From assembly GCA_044222185.1 (NCBI GenBank), contig JBGANV010000015.1:1-47712 (forward strand): a stretch of 47,712 nt of DNA, read 5' to 3'. A model generated the notes under the pieces. The model was given only the letters and a program-made list of their open reading frames with translations. It was not told the DNA's origin and searched no databases. Of this stretch, positions 1-10,900 are shown piece by piece. Origin of the DNA: Planctomycetota bacterium (GTDB lineage: Bacteria; Planctomycetota; GCA-002687715; CAIWVZ01). Each line of letters opens with the position of its first letter. Within the stretch, counting starts at the first letter, position 1. A program made the translations under genes and the position numbers.

Positions 1-139
1 CCTCGCTCGCGGTCGTCTGATAGAACTACGCGGCCAGTCCTACCGGACTCGGCACATCGTCAAGTCTCCGAGCATCGAGCCCGCCTCTCACACCGCCAAA
101 ATATCCGGAAAACGACCGCCAGAATTTCCGGAACCCACA
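1..139 (+). mobile_element. End of an insertion sequence (IS21-family-like), left copy, truncated by the window edge
   Basis: 1-139 is the exact reverse complement of 47573-47711. It ends in ...GAACCCACA (5'-TGT on the other strand) and carries two 19-bp imperfect direct repeats 23 bp apart, like the reiterated transposase-binding sites of IS21 ends. A reading frame ends ...SLAVV-TGA-TAG at about 18-23, pointing toward this end (possibly istB). No transposase is visible. Confidence 0.7.
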
Positions 140-343
140 GACGCACGCCGCGGTATGCTCAGCGGGGACCGTCGTTCGCGTCGAATCGGCCACCGTGAGG
201 CGCGCGCGCCGAGCGGCCACGTCCGGCCGTCGCACCTGAGGATCTGTTTCAGACGTCAGCGGATGCACATCTTCCTGGCCCCGCGCGTGCGGATGAAACG
301 TAGAAGGCGTGCATTGGGGATCATCGTGTACCCTTGGATCGCG

Positions 344-721
344 ATGAAGCCGTGGATCGGTGCACTTCTCATCGTCGCCGTAGCCAGCGTTGCGTGCGAC
401 TCTGGGGCGAAGGTTTCAGAGACTCGCCCGAGTGCGCGCCCGGGCGTGGATCCGGCGCTCGTCGGAACCTGGGAGGGGAGAGCGCGAGACCTTGGATTCT
501 TCGACCCGATACGGTTCGAGATCGACTCGTCCGGCACGTTCAACGCCTGGGTGAGGGGCGAGCCAAGATCCTGGCTACTCTCGGCCTCCGGAGGACGATG
601 GACGGTCTGGCCCGCGGCGGGCGGGGAACCATTCAGCGGAACGTACAAGGTGCGAAAGGATGGTCGCGTCGAGTGGTGGGGGATGTTCGCCACAGCTCCG
701 ACGATGAGACGAGTTCACTGA
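344..721 (+). CDS. Small lipoprotein, hypothetical
   Basis: ATG at 344 gives MKPWIGALLIVAVASVA-C (lipobox), a linker, then a 'DPALVGTWEG' beta-barrel-like domain. The longer 155 start overlaps non-protein-like sequence. Confidence 0.7.
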   Translation: MKPWIGALLIVAVASVACDSGAKVSETRPSARPGVDPALVGTWEGRARDLGFFDPIRFEIDSSGTFNAWVRGEPRSWLLSASGGRWTVWPAAGGEPFSGTYKVRKDGRVEWWGMFATAPTMRRVH

Positions 722-1510
722 GCACGGACGTGATGTCCGGCGGGCGCCGGGCCGCCGTCCCCGGCGGCACAAGGTTCTCACCTGTGCTCCCGGAATGTGC
801 CAACGACTCCGAGCCACTCGCGACCTGCGCCTGTTGAACGTCGACGACCGCTCGTTCGCAGAGAGGATCGAGGAGTCCGCGACCGAGATCCTCGCGATGC
901 GCGCGGCTCCGAACAGGTGGCAGTGGGCCTGGTGCGTCGCCACCCGCAGGCAGTTCAGGTCGTCCGTGTTGGACCGAAACGGGCAGCTCTCACCCTCGTT
1001 GAAGGACTGATCTGCAAAGCGATCGACGTGCGAGCGCGTCGTGGATGGGCCCTCTTCCTCCATGCGCGCGAGCGTCTCGGGCGAGAAGTCGGGCATCGGC
1101 ATGGGTTTGGGCGGCACGGGCCGCAACCGCTCAACCTCGCGGCACGCATCGAACGCCGCGTCGCGTTACGTCGCATGAGTCACGGCGACGCCCGCGACCG
1201 CGTCCGCACCCGCCCACGTCGCGCCCGCCGGGATCCTCCCATCGAAGAGCGCGTCGCGGATCGCCGCCTGCGCCACGATCCACGCGCCTTCGAGGCCGAC
1301 CGGCGCCGGATCCGGCACGAACACTCGTGCGGGCCCAGCAGCCCCGGGGTCGATCGTCAGGATGAAGTCCGCGAGCGCGTCGACCGGGCTTCGGCCGCCC
1401 CGTCGCAGCGCGGCGGCCACCGCGGCGAATACGGATTCCGCATTCCGGCTCGTTGGGAGTGCCGCGCCGCCACGAATGGCGAGCCGGGATCGACGGTCTT
1501 CAGGGCGCTG
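575..1510 (-). pseudogene. Possible gene remnant interrupted by an in-frame TAA
   Basis: ORFs 1166-1420 and 575-1126 are in the same frame, separated by one TAA (1166-1168): ...AGVAVTHAT*RDAAFDACREVERLRPVPPKPMPMPDFSPETLARMEEEG. Composition is protein-like around the stop, but no family is recognised and the 3' limit is uncertain. Confidence 0.3.
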
Positions 1511-1889
1511 TCACTCGATGCGGCGAACGCCGCGCCGCCCGGATCAGGCCCAAGGCGCCGACTCCACGTCGCAGTGCCAGACCTTGCTTCTGCACGGCTC
1601 GACGCGGGTCGACTCGCGTTTCGAGGCGCCTGGCGCGATTCATACGCCCCTTGTCGCGCGGAGCCTCGCCCTCGACCGCCCAGGAAGGACCCGTCGAGCA
1701 TGCCCGGGACTACGAAGGCGGGGCATGATCCTGACCATGCTGTAAGCTTGCGCTCGCTCCGGACTGCTGTCGGCCGGTGCGACGGCGTGACGCGGCCGTT
1801 CGAACCGCCCGTCGTCCGTCCGAGTTCGGAGGCCGGGACGACTCGCATGGGGATGATCGGCTCGTCTTGGCGGCAACGCGAGCGGTTCG

Positions 1890-3185
1890 ATGGAATTCAA
1901 CGGGATGGAACCAGCAGACGAGGGACCTCGGTCCAGGCCGCGCGTCTTCATTTCCTATTCTCACGACTCTGACACGCATCTCGCACGGGTCCTCCAGCTC
2001 GCGCAGACCCTTCGACAGCACGGCGTTGACGTCTGGCTCGACCGATTCGAGCGTGGCGTCCCGGACGTGGGCTGGTCGCGTTGGATGGAGATGCAGGTCG
2101 AACGCGCGGAGATCGTATTGGTCGTCTGCACCGCGACCTACACCGCTCGATTCAATGGCGCGGCTCCGCGTGGCGTGGGGCTCGGGGCGAAATACGAAGG
2201 CGCGATCATCCGCCGACAGATGCTGGAAGCCGGGGGTAACAACTCGAAGTTCCGAGCGATTCGATTCGACTCGCTCGAACTGGAGCACATCCCGACGATC
2301 CTTCGGGACTATTGCCATGTGCTTCCCGCCGACTATCGCGTTCTCCATGCGTTCTTGACAGGTCAGGACCTCGTGCGCCCAGAACCCCTGGGACAGATCC
2401 AGGTCTCTGGCGAACTGACGTACGCACCGATGGACGCGTGCCCGCCGACGACGCGTGGCTTCTCCGTGGGCGTGGAAGCCGAGTCCATCCCGGATCGAAA
2501 TCACGCGGCGGTCGATCCGTCCCTGGACCGTGAACGCGACGGTGGGCGTGGAGCGCCGGGACCCGATGCCGCGACTTCGCCCGGTCACCGGTCAGCCGCA
2601 AACGGCGCGATGATGCCGACGACTGCGGACGTCAGCCGCACATCGGATTCGCGATCCGCACTCGAGCCGGACATCGCGGCGACCGATGTACAGCCAGAGC
2701 CCGTTCCAAAGCCTTCGATCTTCCGCCGCGCCGCCAAGCTTGCACCACTGATCGTATTCGTGGTGGTCGTCGGCGTGATGCTTGTGAGCAACTACTACGG
2801 CGGGAGACTCGACGTGATCGCACTGGACATCGAGTGGCAACCTCAACGGCCGAAGGTTGGTGAAAAGGTCAATTTCACGGCGAGGGTCACCGTCGCCTGG
2901 ATGGTTCGTCACTTCGGGCTGCCATGGGCCGAGCCCGACCTCGTCAAAGGCAAGGAGATTCCGGGCACGTTTCGGGCGACCTGGAACATCGGCGGGAAGC
3001 AGCACTCGACCGAGTATGCGAAGGTGATCGAATCCGGGGGCGTATGGGAGATCCAATTCGACTCTCCAGCATTCGACGCGGTCGGAAGCTACCGCGTCCA
3101 ATTCACGATCGACGTCAAGAACACCATCGACTCGGAGCCCTCGAACAACACGGCTTCTCGCAACATTCTCATCGGTGCGAACTGA
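1890..3185 (+). CDS. SEFIR/TIR-domain transmembrane protein with C-terminal CARDB-like Ig domain
   Basis: The N-terminus has SEFIR motifs: RVFISYSHDS..H..RV..LA..LR..GVDVWLD, W..WM..Q, G.GAKYEG. A disordered linker follows, then one TM helix (LAPLIVFVVVVGVMLV). The C-terminus is CARDB-like: DIEWQPQRPKVGEKVNFTARV...YRVQFTIDVKNTIDSEPSNN. Start may be 1905. Confidence 0.85.
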   Translation: MEFNGMEPADEGPRSRPRVFISYSHDSDTHLARVLQLAQTLRQHGVDVWLDRFERGVPDVGWSRWMEMQVERAEIVLVVCTATYTARFNGAAPRGVGLGAKYEGAIIRRQMLEAGGNNSKFRAIRFDSLELEHIPTILRDYCHVLPADYRVLHAFLTGQDLVRPEPLGQIQVSGELTYAPMDACPPTTRGFSVGVEAESIPDRNHAAVDPSLDRERDGGRGAPGPDAATSPGHRSAANGAMMPTTADVSRTSDSRSALEPDIAATDVQPEPVPKPSIFRRAAKLAPLIVFVVVVGVMLVSNYYGGRLDVIALDIEWQPQRPKVGEKVNFTARVTVAWMVRHFGLPWAEPDLVKGKEIPGTFRATWNIGGKQHSTEYAKVIESGGVWEIQFDSPAFDAVGSYRVQFTIDVKNTIDSEPSNNTASRNILIGAN

Positions 3186-3694
3186 CCAGCTCGTGCCGCG
3201 ACCACCGCAGCAGGGTTTCGAGAGCGGCTATTCGCAGCATCCGCCGTGCGTGAATCGACCCCACGGCGCTCGTCGAGCTTCCGCGAGGTCGACGATCACG
3301 ACGCCGGTCGAGGGCACGCACACGCGACGCGTGGGTCCGACGCAACAACATCCATTCCACGACGTGACCGAGCGCGTGCCTGTCCAGACGCCGTCGATCA
3401 GTCCGTTCGCAACTTGATGGCGGAGTGAAGCGTGAGCGTTGATCCTTGAGGCGGCCGGAGCGTGCCAACGACTTTGAGCCCCTCGCATTCCGGGCCAGCT
3501 GCACATCGACGAGCGCTCGATCGCAGAGTTGGTCGAGGAGTCAACGACTGCAGCCCAGGGGATCGCTCACCGCGATCGCATCGCGATCCTTGGATTCCGA
3601 ATCGGGCGTTCGGCAGAGTGTCACCCGAAGACTCTGAGATGGACAGTCTCGACCCAGAGCAGACCCCGAGCCGACGGGCCGTTCGTGCGACACG

Positions 3695-4411
3695 ATGGCA
3701 TCCATGTTCTTGCTGAAGCGCCCGCCCGCAGGCGACCACACGACCATTGGGCCTCGGACGCCTCGTGTTGGAGCGGCGCTCACCGCGCTGCTCGGCGCCG
3801 CGATCGGCAGCGGCGCCTGGCTCATCAGTGAACTGCTGGTTCCGATGCCAGTCGCGAATGCAGCAGCGTATGACTCGCGCCTCGCGGATGCGTTGGGATT
3901 CGTCTGCTCGATCGCGTTGGCCCTGTGGGTCGGCTGGCTTCGGCGATCTGCGCTGCGAGCCGCAGTGGGCATCCTCGTCGCGGGGCTGCTGAGCTCTGTC
4001 TGCCAGTGGCTGCCGAGCAGCGGAATTCCCATGGCGGTCATTTTGATCGACGTCCCGACCTCAATCGTCGCGCTGCTGGCGGTTGCGCTTGGATTCGATC
4101 GCGGCGCGCGGACGCAGGGTCTGGTGCGGCGCATCACCTGGGGATTGATCGCGTGCCTGGTATTCGAAGTCACTTTCGCCGTCGCATTCGGCGTAAGCGG
4201 CATTTCGCTCATGGGCTTCGACGTCAGCTGCTATCGCAACTCAGTCGAGCCGTCGGTCTACGTTCAGCGATACGTATGGGCGATCCGACGCGCTGGCCCC
4301 GTGTCTCTCGGGATCGCTACTGCTGTCTTCCTGCCTTTGTTCCAACGCGCCGTGTGCAAGGAGACGAGCCAAGATCACGGCCCATCCGCGCAGCAGATCG
4401 ATGCGTTCTGA
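3695..4411 (+). CDS. Polytopic membrane protein, hypothetical
   Basis: 238-aa ORF with about six hydrophobic segments; no family recognised. Confidence 0.7.
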   Translation: MASMFLLKRPPAGDHTTIGPRTPRVGAALTALLGAAIGSGAWLISELLVPMPVANAAAYDSRLADALGFVCSIALALWVGWLRRSALRAAVGILVAGLLSSVCQWLPSSGIPMAVILIDVPTSIVALLAVALGFDRGARTQGLVRRITWGLIACLVFEVTFAVAFGVSGISLMGFDVSCYRNSVEPSVYVQRYVWAIRRAGPVSLGIATAVFLPLFQRAVCKETSQDHGPSAQQIDAF

Positions 4412-5148
4412 CCTGCATCGACGAGCGGATGGCGCACGGGAGTCCGCGACATGGTTGCGCCGGGCGGGCGCAGATTGGCTCGGTCGGATTCGTGTCGCCA
4501 GGAGTGGCTGACGAGTGCGGGAGTCGGATGGGACCGTCGCCGGGCGGGACCCCCGTAGCGCAAGTGCACGAACGAGCATCGTTCACACCACGGCCCTGAT
4601 GTCGGTCCACATCCTGCGTTCTTGCGCACGCAACTCGGGAATGCGCTTCCAGGCCGCCGAGGAGCCGTCGTCGCAACCGAGGTTCGACCGCCGTCCACGC
4701 TTGGGAACACGCGTGGGGTGAAACGCAGGCGCGGATGGTGTCGGTGACCGACCGTGCGGTGAATGGCAACTCGATCCGCGTGTTCACTGCCAAGCGGGTT
4801 GCGTCGGCGGTCGAGACCGACCAGTGCTTCGACGCGCGAGGAATCGAGCGATGCGGACACGTCTCGCGAACTGTGTCGCAGCTCGAGGACCGAGTCGTTC
4901 GGTACCTGGCGCCACGCTCACGATCCGTCGACCTGTCGGGCCGGCGGTCGTCGATCCGAAGCCGGGCTTCCGTTCGTGACGGCGTCACGGCGACGACCAG
5001 CCCGGACGTCGCCGGAACGGGGGACGAATCGACGCGTTCGCGACATGGTGCACGCCCCTGAATTCCCCGTGTCGCGACACTTTCGCGTCCCGATTCCGTT
5101 CTGGGACTGCAGAGCGATCCCAATGAGGCGCGGATCTCGGAGATTTCG

Positions 5149-7755
5149 ATGAGCGTGACAAGCGTTCTTGATTCGCTGGTGGGGCTGAGTCGACTCGATC
5201 GTCGAATTGGCAGCCTGCATTCCGTGACCACGATGGCAGCCATCATGATCGCGCTCGGATCAGCTGGCTTCGCCCAGTCGATTGGCAGCCAAACGCCGCG
5301 ACCCTCGGCTGCGGCCTCGGTCCAGCCTGCCGTCTTCGTTCGTAACCAGGGCCAATGGCGTGGCACATTCCTCTATCGCACGCAGGTGGGTGGGATGACG
5401 GTGTTCGTCGAAGAGGGAGGGTTGACGTTCACGCTGGTCGAGAGCCTCGTGCGTCGGTCCGACCGCGACGGACTCGGCCGCAATCCCATGGCCGATCGCG
5501 TCGAAACCGGCCGAGGCACCGCCGTACGCATGCGGTTCGGGGGAGGCGGGACGGCTCGTGAAGTGACCGCGGAGAAGCGCAGCGCCGGGGTCCACAACTA
5601 CTATCTCGGCAAGGACCCCGCGCGGTGGAGGACCGGCGTGCCGCTCCACCAGGAGCTGACGATGCACAACGTCTGGCCGCGTATCGACGTTCGGACGCGC
5701 ATCTCTGACGGCCACTTCGAGTACGACCTCATCGCAGCCCCGGGCGCCGACCTGGCCGGAGCCTCGTTCGAAGTCGACGGCGCCGACGGTCTCCGCATCG
5801 ACGCCGACGGTTCACTCCTCATCGAGACGCCGCTCGGGATCGTCCGGCAACCCAAGCCGACGACCTGGCAGATCGACGACGAGGGCCACCGTGATTCCGT
5901 GGTGTGCAACTACGTCCTCACCGGGACCACCGGGTTCCGCTTCAGCGCTCCAGCGTGGGATCGCGTGCGAACCCTGGTCATCGATCCAGGATTGATCTGG
6001 TCGACCTTCGTCGGTGGCTCGGCACTGGACAACGCCGCCGCCGTGGCGGTGGATCCCAGCGGCGCCGCAGCTACCGCGGGATTGAGCAACTCGGGGGACT
6101 ACCCGACGACCGCCGGGGCCTTCGACCCCTCCCACAATGGCGCATTCGACGTCTTCGTCTCCCGCGTGGATTCGACCGGCACCAGCCTCGTCTATTCGAC
6201 ATTCATCGGCGACACGTCGACCGACGGTGCCACCGGCGTGGCCGTCGATACGACCGGCGCCGCCTATGCCTGCGGCTGGACGACGTCCCCAGGCTTCCCC
6301 GTGACGGCCGGTGCCTACGACACGACGTTTGGGAGCGGCGACAACGGGTTCGTGCTGAATCTCGATCCGAATGGAGCCCTGGTCTACTCCACGTTCGTGG
6401 GGAGTGACATGGACCCCGCGGGCCTCGGCGTGGACTTCTCCGGAGCCGCCGTGGTGGTCGGCTCGGTGTTTGCCGCCTCCGGACTCGCGACGACGGTCGG
6501 AGCGTTCGACACGTCGTTCGGTTCGCCTGGCACGGGCGAGGGGTTCGCGCTCCGCCTGAACGCGTCGGGAACCGGCGCGATCTACTCGACGTTCCTCGGC
6601 GGTCTGAACAACGACAACGCGTACGCAGTCAGTGTCGCCTCGAATGGCACGGCGACGGTCGCGGGCAGAACGGGATCCTCGACCTTCCCCACGACGCCGG
6701 GCGCCTATGACACCTCCTTCAACGGCAACGTGGATGCGTTCGTCACGCAGTTGAATCCGATCGGCGCTGCGGTGTTCTCGACCTATCTCGGCGGAACGGG
6801 AAATGACCCCGCTTTCGCCGTCGCGGCGAGCGCTGCCGGAACCGTTATCGCGGGCTGGACGACGAGCGGCGCAACGTTCCCAGCGACCGCCGGCGCATAT
6901 GACACCGCTCAGAGCGGCCCCACCGATGCGTTCGTGGCCAAGCTGAACGCAGCCGGAACGGCCCTCGTCTTCGCGACGTTCCTTGGGGGATCGGGAGACG
7001 ACGCTGCGTGGACCGTGGGAATCGACCGCGCAGGAAACGCCGTCGTCGCGGGCTACACCGACTCGGGCAACTTCCCGACGACTCCGGGGGCCGTCGGTCC
7101 GAGCTACGTCGGGTTCTACGACGGCTGGCTCGCGCGGGTGAGCAGCAACGGTGCGGCGTTGACGTATTCGACGTACCTGGGTGGAAGCTACGACGAAGAG
7201 TGCTTCGGTCTCGCGCTGGATGCGAGCGGAATGCCGACGGTGTGCGGTTATACGCAATCCCCCGACTTCCCGACGACAGCCGGCTCGTATCAGACCACGA
7301 ACTACGGCATCACGAACGCCTTCGCCTCGCGGATCCAATTGGACGCACTTGCGTACCCGCTCATGGCGTTCCCGGCGTCGCAACTCGTTCCAGTCGGCGG
7401 GACCTGGGGGTTCGAGGTGATCGGTCCGCCGGGCGCGCCGCTCGCGGTGCTGATCGCGCTCTCGTCGACGAACATCCCGGCACCGCCGTACGGAGTCATC
7501 GGGCTCCCGATCTTCTCGGCGATCGTGTTCGACGGCCTGGGGCTCGGTTACCCCAACTCGATTCCGATGGTCCTGAACATCCCGGCCACGGGCCAGTTCT
7601 ACTTCACGCTCGACTCCGTGCCCTCGCTTCCGGGGCTGACCTTCTGGGCGCAGGCCGCGTCCATCAGCGGTCTACTGCCCGCTGGCGGCGCCGTCAGCAC
7701 GCACGGGGACCTTGCCCTACCGACGCCGGCATGCGAGACGACGATCGTTCCCTGA
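5149..7755 (+). CDS. Secreted SBBP (seven-bladed beta-propeller) repeat protein with unnamed C-terminal domain
   Basis: Signal peptide ending GFA|Q. The N-domain has FVRNQGQW, HNYYLGKDPARWRTGVP, EYDLIAAPGAD, LVIDPGLIWSTFVGG. Many repeats of YSTFLGG..ND.A.AVAV...G.T.S.DFPTT.GAYD..F.G..DAFV follow. True start may be 5233. Confidence 0.9.
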   Translation: MSVTSVLDSLVGLSRLDRRIGSLHSVTTMAAIMIALGSAGFAQSIGSQTPRPSAAASVQPAVFVRNQGQWRGTFLYRTQVGGMTVFVEEGGLTFTLVESLVRRSDRDGLGRNPMADRVETGRGTAVRMRFGGGGTAREVTAEKRSAGVHNYYLGKDPARWRTGVPLHQELTMHNVWPRIDVRTRISDGHFEYDLIAAPGADLAGASFEVDGADGLRIDADGSLLIETPLGIVRQPKPTTWQIDDEGHRDSVVCNYVLTGTTGFRFSAPAWDRVRTLVIDPGLIWSTFVGGSALDNAAAVAVDPSGAAATAGLSNSGDYPTTAGAFDPSHNGAFDVFVSRVDSTGTSLVYSTFIGDTSTDGATGVAVDTTGAAYACGWTTSPGFPVTAGAYDTTFGSGDNGFVLNLDPNGALVYSTFVGSDMDPAGLGVDFSGAAVVVGSVFAASGLATTVGAFDTSFGSPGTGEGFALRLNASGTGAIYSTFLGGLNNDNAYAVSVASNGTATVAGRTGSSTFPTTPGAYDTSFNGNVDAFVTQLNPIGAAVFSTYLGGTGNDPAFAVAASAAGTVIAGWTTSGATFPATAGAYDTAQSGPTDAFVAKLNAAGTALVFATFLGGSGDDAAWTVGIDRAGNAVVAGYTDSGNFPTTPGAVGPSYVGFYDGWLARVSSNGAALTYSTYLGGSYDEECFGLALDASGMPTVCGYTQSPDFPTTAGSYQTTNYGITNAFASRIQLDALAYPLMAFPASQLVPVGGTWGFEVIGPPGAPLAVLIALSSTNIPAPPYGVIGLPIFSAIVFDGLGLGYPNSIPMVLNIPATGQFYFTLDSVPSLPGLTFWAQAASISGLLPAGGAVSTHGDLALPTPACETTIVP

Positions 7756-7963
7756 CGGGCCGTCGAGATCCGCCCGCGTCCTTGGGGGGAGTGGGAGCGC
7801 GTCTCCTGGCACGATCGACGCGGCGCGGATCGACGATGAATCGACGCGCGAGGGTCGCCCCGGCCCTCGCGCGTCGTTGGGGCTGGCATCTCCACGGGTG
7901 CGTGCCGAGGATCGCCACGCCTGGTCGCGAAGAGTCTCGAGCTTCTCCCGAGTGCGTCAGCGA

Positions 7964-10900
7964 TCACCGACGCCAGGCGCGGCGCACGGCCAGTCGCCCA
8001 TCGCCGCCGCCGCTGATGAGTCGGGTTCCGTCCGCCGTCCAACCGACGCTCGACACGGTGTAGGGGTGATCGCGCAACGTGATGACGAGCTCCGCGGAGT
8101 GCGGATCCCAGATACGGACGGTGCGATCGAGTGAGCCGGACGCGAGTCGACGGCCGTCCGGAGAGAACGCAAGCGATGTGACGGCGTCGTCGTGCCCCGA
8201 GAGGACGGCGTGACGCCGTTGAGCCGCACGATCCCAGAGGACGAGCTGGTTCCCCGCGCCGCCCACGGACGCCAAGAAGCGCCCGTCAGGGCTGAACGCC
8301 ACCGCGGCGCACTCCGGGCCGTTGAACCGTCGAATCTCGCGTCGGTCCTCGACGTCCCACAGGCTGACGCCGGTCGTGAGACCGATTGCGATCGTTCCGC
8401 CATCGGGATCGACATCCAACGACACGAACCGATCCTCTCCGGCCGCGATCACGGTGGGCCCCCGAGCACCGTCGAGATCGTGCCGTACGACCCTGCCGTC
8501 GTCCGTGGCGACGAAGAGCTCGTGACCGCGGCCGAACGAAATGAGCGGAGCGCGTCGCCCGACGACGGCGATGCGGGTCAATGCCGGCGGTGCCGCGCTC
8601 GCTCCTTCCGAAATCGCGCGTGCGAGCGCGTCGCCGTCGAAGACATCGATCCCAGCGCTGCCCGACGAGACGCAGCGCGTGCCGTCGCGGCTCACCGCCA
8701 CATGCACACCGCCTCGCTCGGGGAACTCGAGTCCCTGCGCCTCGTCCGCGGAGTCGAGTGCCCAGACACCCGCGGAGTATCCCCTGAAGTCCGCCGAGAT
8801 CGCCACGAATCGCATCTTGGCGTCGGTCGCAAACCGGACCGGCAAGTGCCTCGCCTTTCTGCCGAGCGAGATCCGCGAGACTGCGAAGTCGGACGCGGTC
8901 AGATCCCAGACGCGGATCGCGCGCTCCGTCGCCGAGGCTGAGACCACGAGGTTCGTACGTGGCGCGACCACCACGAAGTTCACGTTGCCTGCGTGGCCGA
9001 GCCGCGTCGCGATCGAATCGCCCGTTTCGTCCCACACGCGTAGCGTCCGGTCTCCAGCCCCCGCGACGAACCAGTTGCCACTCGAGGTCCAGGCTGCGGC
9101 GAGGATGCGGTCGCGGTGCCCTCGGAAGTCAGCGAGGCGAGCGCCCGTCTTCACGTTCATGAGCACGGAGTCGTAGCTCGAGGCGACGACCTCGTCGCGG
9201 GTGGGGTGCGCAGCGATGTCCAACGCCCCATCGAATCGCCGCGAGACCGTGCCTTTGGCGACGTCACACGCGCAGAACCCCGAGCCCGAGCCCGCGGCGA
9301 CCCAGGCACCGCTTCCGCCGAACTCGATTGCCGCGACGGCCAGGCGACCGGTCGACACTTCCCATCGAGGCGTCGGGAGTTCCGCGACGCCGGTGTCACT
9401 CCCACGGAGCGTCTCGACGTCGAACAGGCGCAGCATCCCCTGTGCGTCGCCGGCGGCGAGCCGCGTACCCGATGGGTCGCATGCCATCGCGGTCCACTCG
9501 ATCGACGTCGCGAATCGGCGCCGGATCACTCCGGAGTCGCTGTCCCAGAGCGCCACCGATTTCGAGGCCGTGATGAGCGTGCGGCCGTCGAGACTCAGGG
9601 CGACGGCGGAGACGGGGGACTCGTGCTTGACGCGCAGCGTTTCCTTTCCACCCACGAGATCCCAGATCCGTGCCGTCCCGTCGGCCGACCCTGACGCCAC
9701 GCGCGTGCCGTCGAATCCCATCGCGAGCGCGGTGATTTCGCCGTCGTGCATTCCGAGCAGGCGACTCGAATCGGTCTTCGATCGCAGGTGACCCCATTCC
9801 CAGCCCCGAAGTTCGGGGGGGATCGTCTCGAGGATCGCGGCAGCGCCGTATCCATCGTCGCCGGCGAGCGCCACCTGGGCGAGCGCGAGGCGCGATGTGT
9901 AGCGCGCAGTGGCCGGCTCGGTCCGCACGGGCCGTGCGTCCGAGGGCCAGAGAGCAACCGCCGTCGCTGCGGCGCCCGCGAGGACGCAGGCGATGGCCAA
10001 AGTCCCCACGTGGCCTCGCATCCACCGTCGGGCGCGCTCCGGCAGGCGGCTCGGCCGTCCGAGGATCGGCTCGAAGCGCAGAAATCGTTCCAGATCATCG
10101 GCGAGGGCCGCGGCCGTCGCGTATCGACGATCCGGGCTGCGATCCATCGCCTTGGCGATGATGCACATCAGGTCGGGAGGAACGCCGCTCCTGAACTGAC
10201 TGAGGGGACGGGGGGACTGGCTTTCGATGAGACGGAGCGTCTCGGCGGTGGTCGAGGCTCCGAAGGGGGTCCTGCCCGCCAGTGCCGTGTAGATCGTCAC
10301 ACCCAGGCCATACACGTCGGAGCGCGGGCCGATGCGCGTCTGCTCGCCTCGGATCTGCTCGGGTGCGGCGAAGGCCAGCGTTCCGATGAACTCCCCGGTG
10401 GTCGTGTGGAGTCTATGCTCGGCATCCCGAACGAGCCCGAAGTCGGAGAGGAGCGGAACGCCGTCGGCCCTGATGAGGATGTTGCCAGGCTTCACGTCGC
10501 GGTGGATGAGCCCGGCATCGTGGACGGCGTCGAGCGCCCGCGCCATCTGCGCCCCGATTCGGGCCACCGTCGCGAAGTCGAGTTGGTGGTCCTCGAGTCT
10601 TCGTGCGAGCGACTGCCCATCCACCCACTCCATGGCATAGGCGCAAATGTCGCCATCGGCGACGATGTCGTATACCGCCACGACGTTCGGATGTCTGACG
10701 CGGCCGTGCGCATGCGCCTCGGCGACGAAACGCTCACGAGCGCGTTTCGAGAGTGCGAGCGATGGCGCGAGCACCTTGACGGCGACGGTGCGATTCAGCG
10801 ATTCCTGGGTCGCGCGATAGACGATGCCGACGCCGCCTCGCCCGATCTCTTCGAGCCCACTGAAGCCACGTATGCGCGGCGCGAGCGCTGGTTGGCTATG

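Noticed and set aside
26-268. Gene interrupted by the left IS copy
   Set aside because: Weak GTG start and no recognisable protein features in the 43 codons before the junction.
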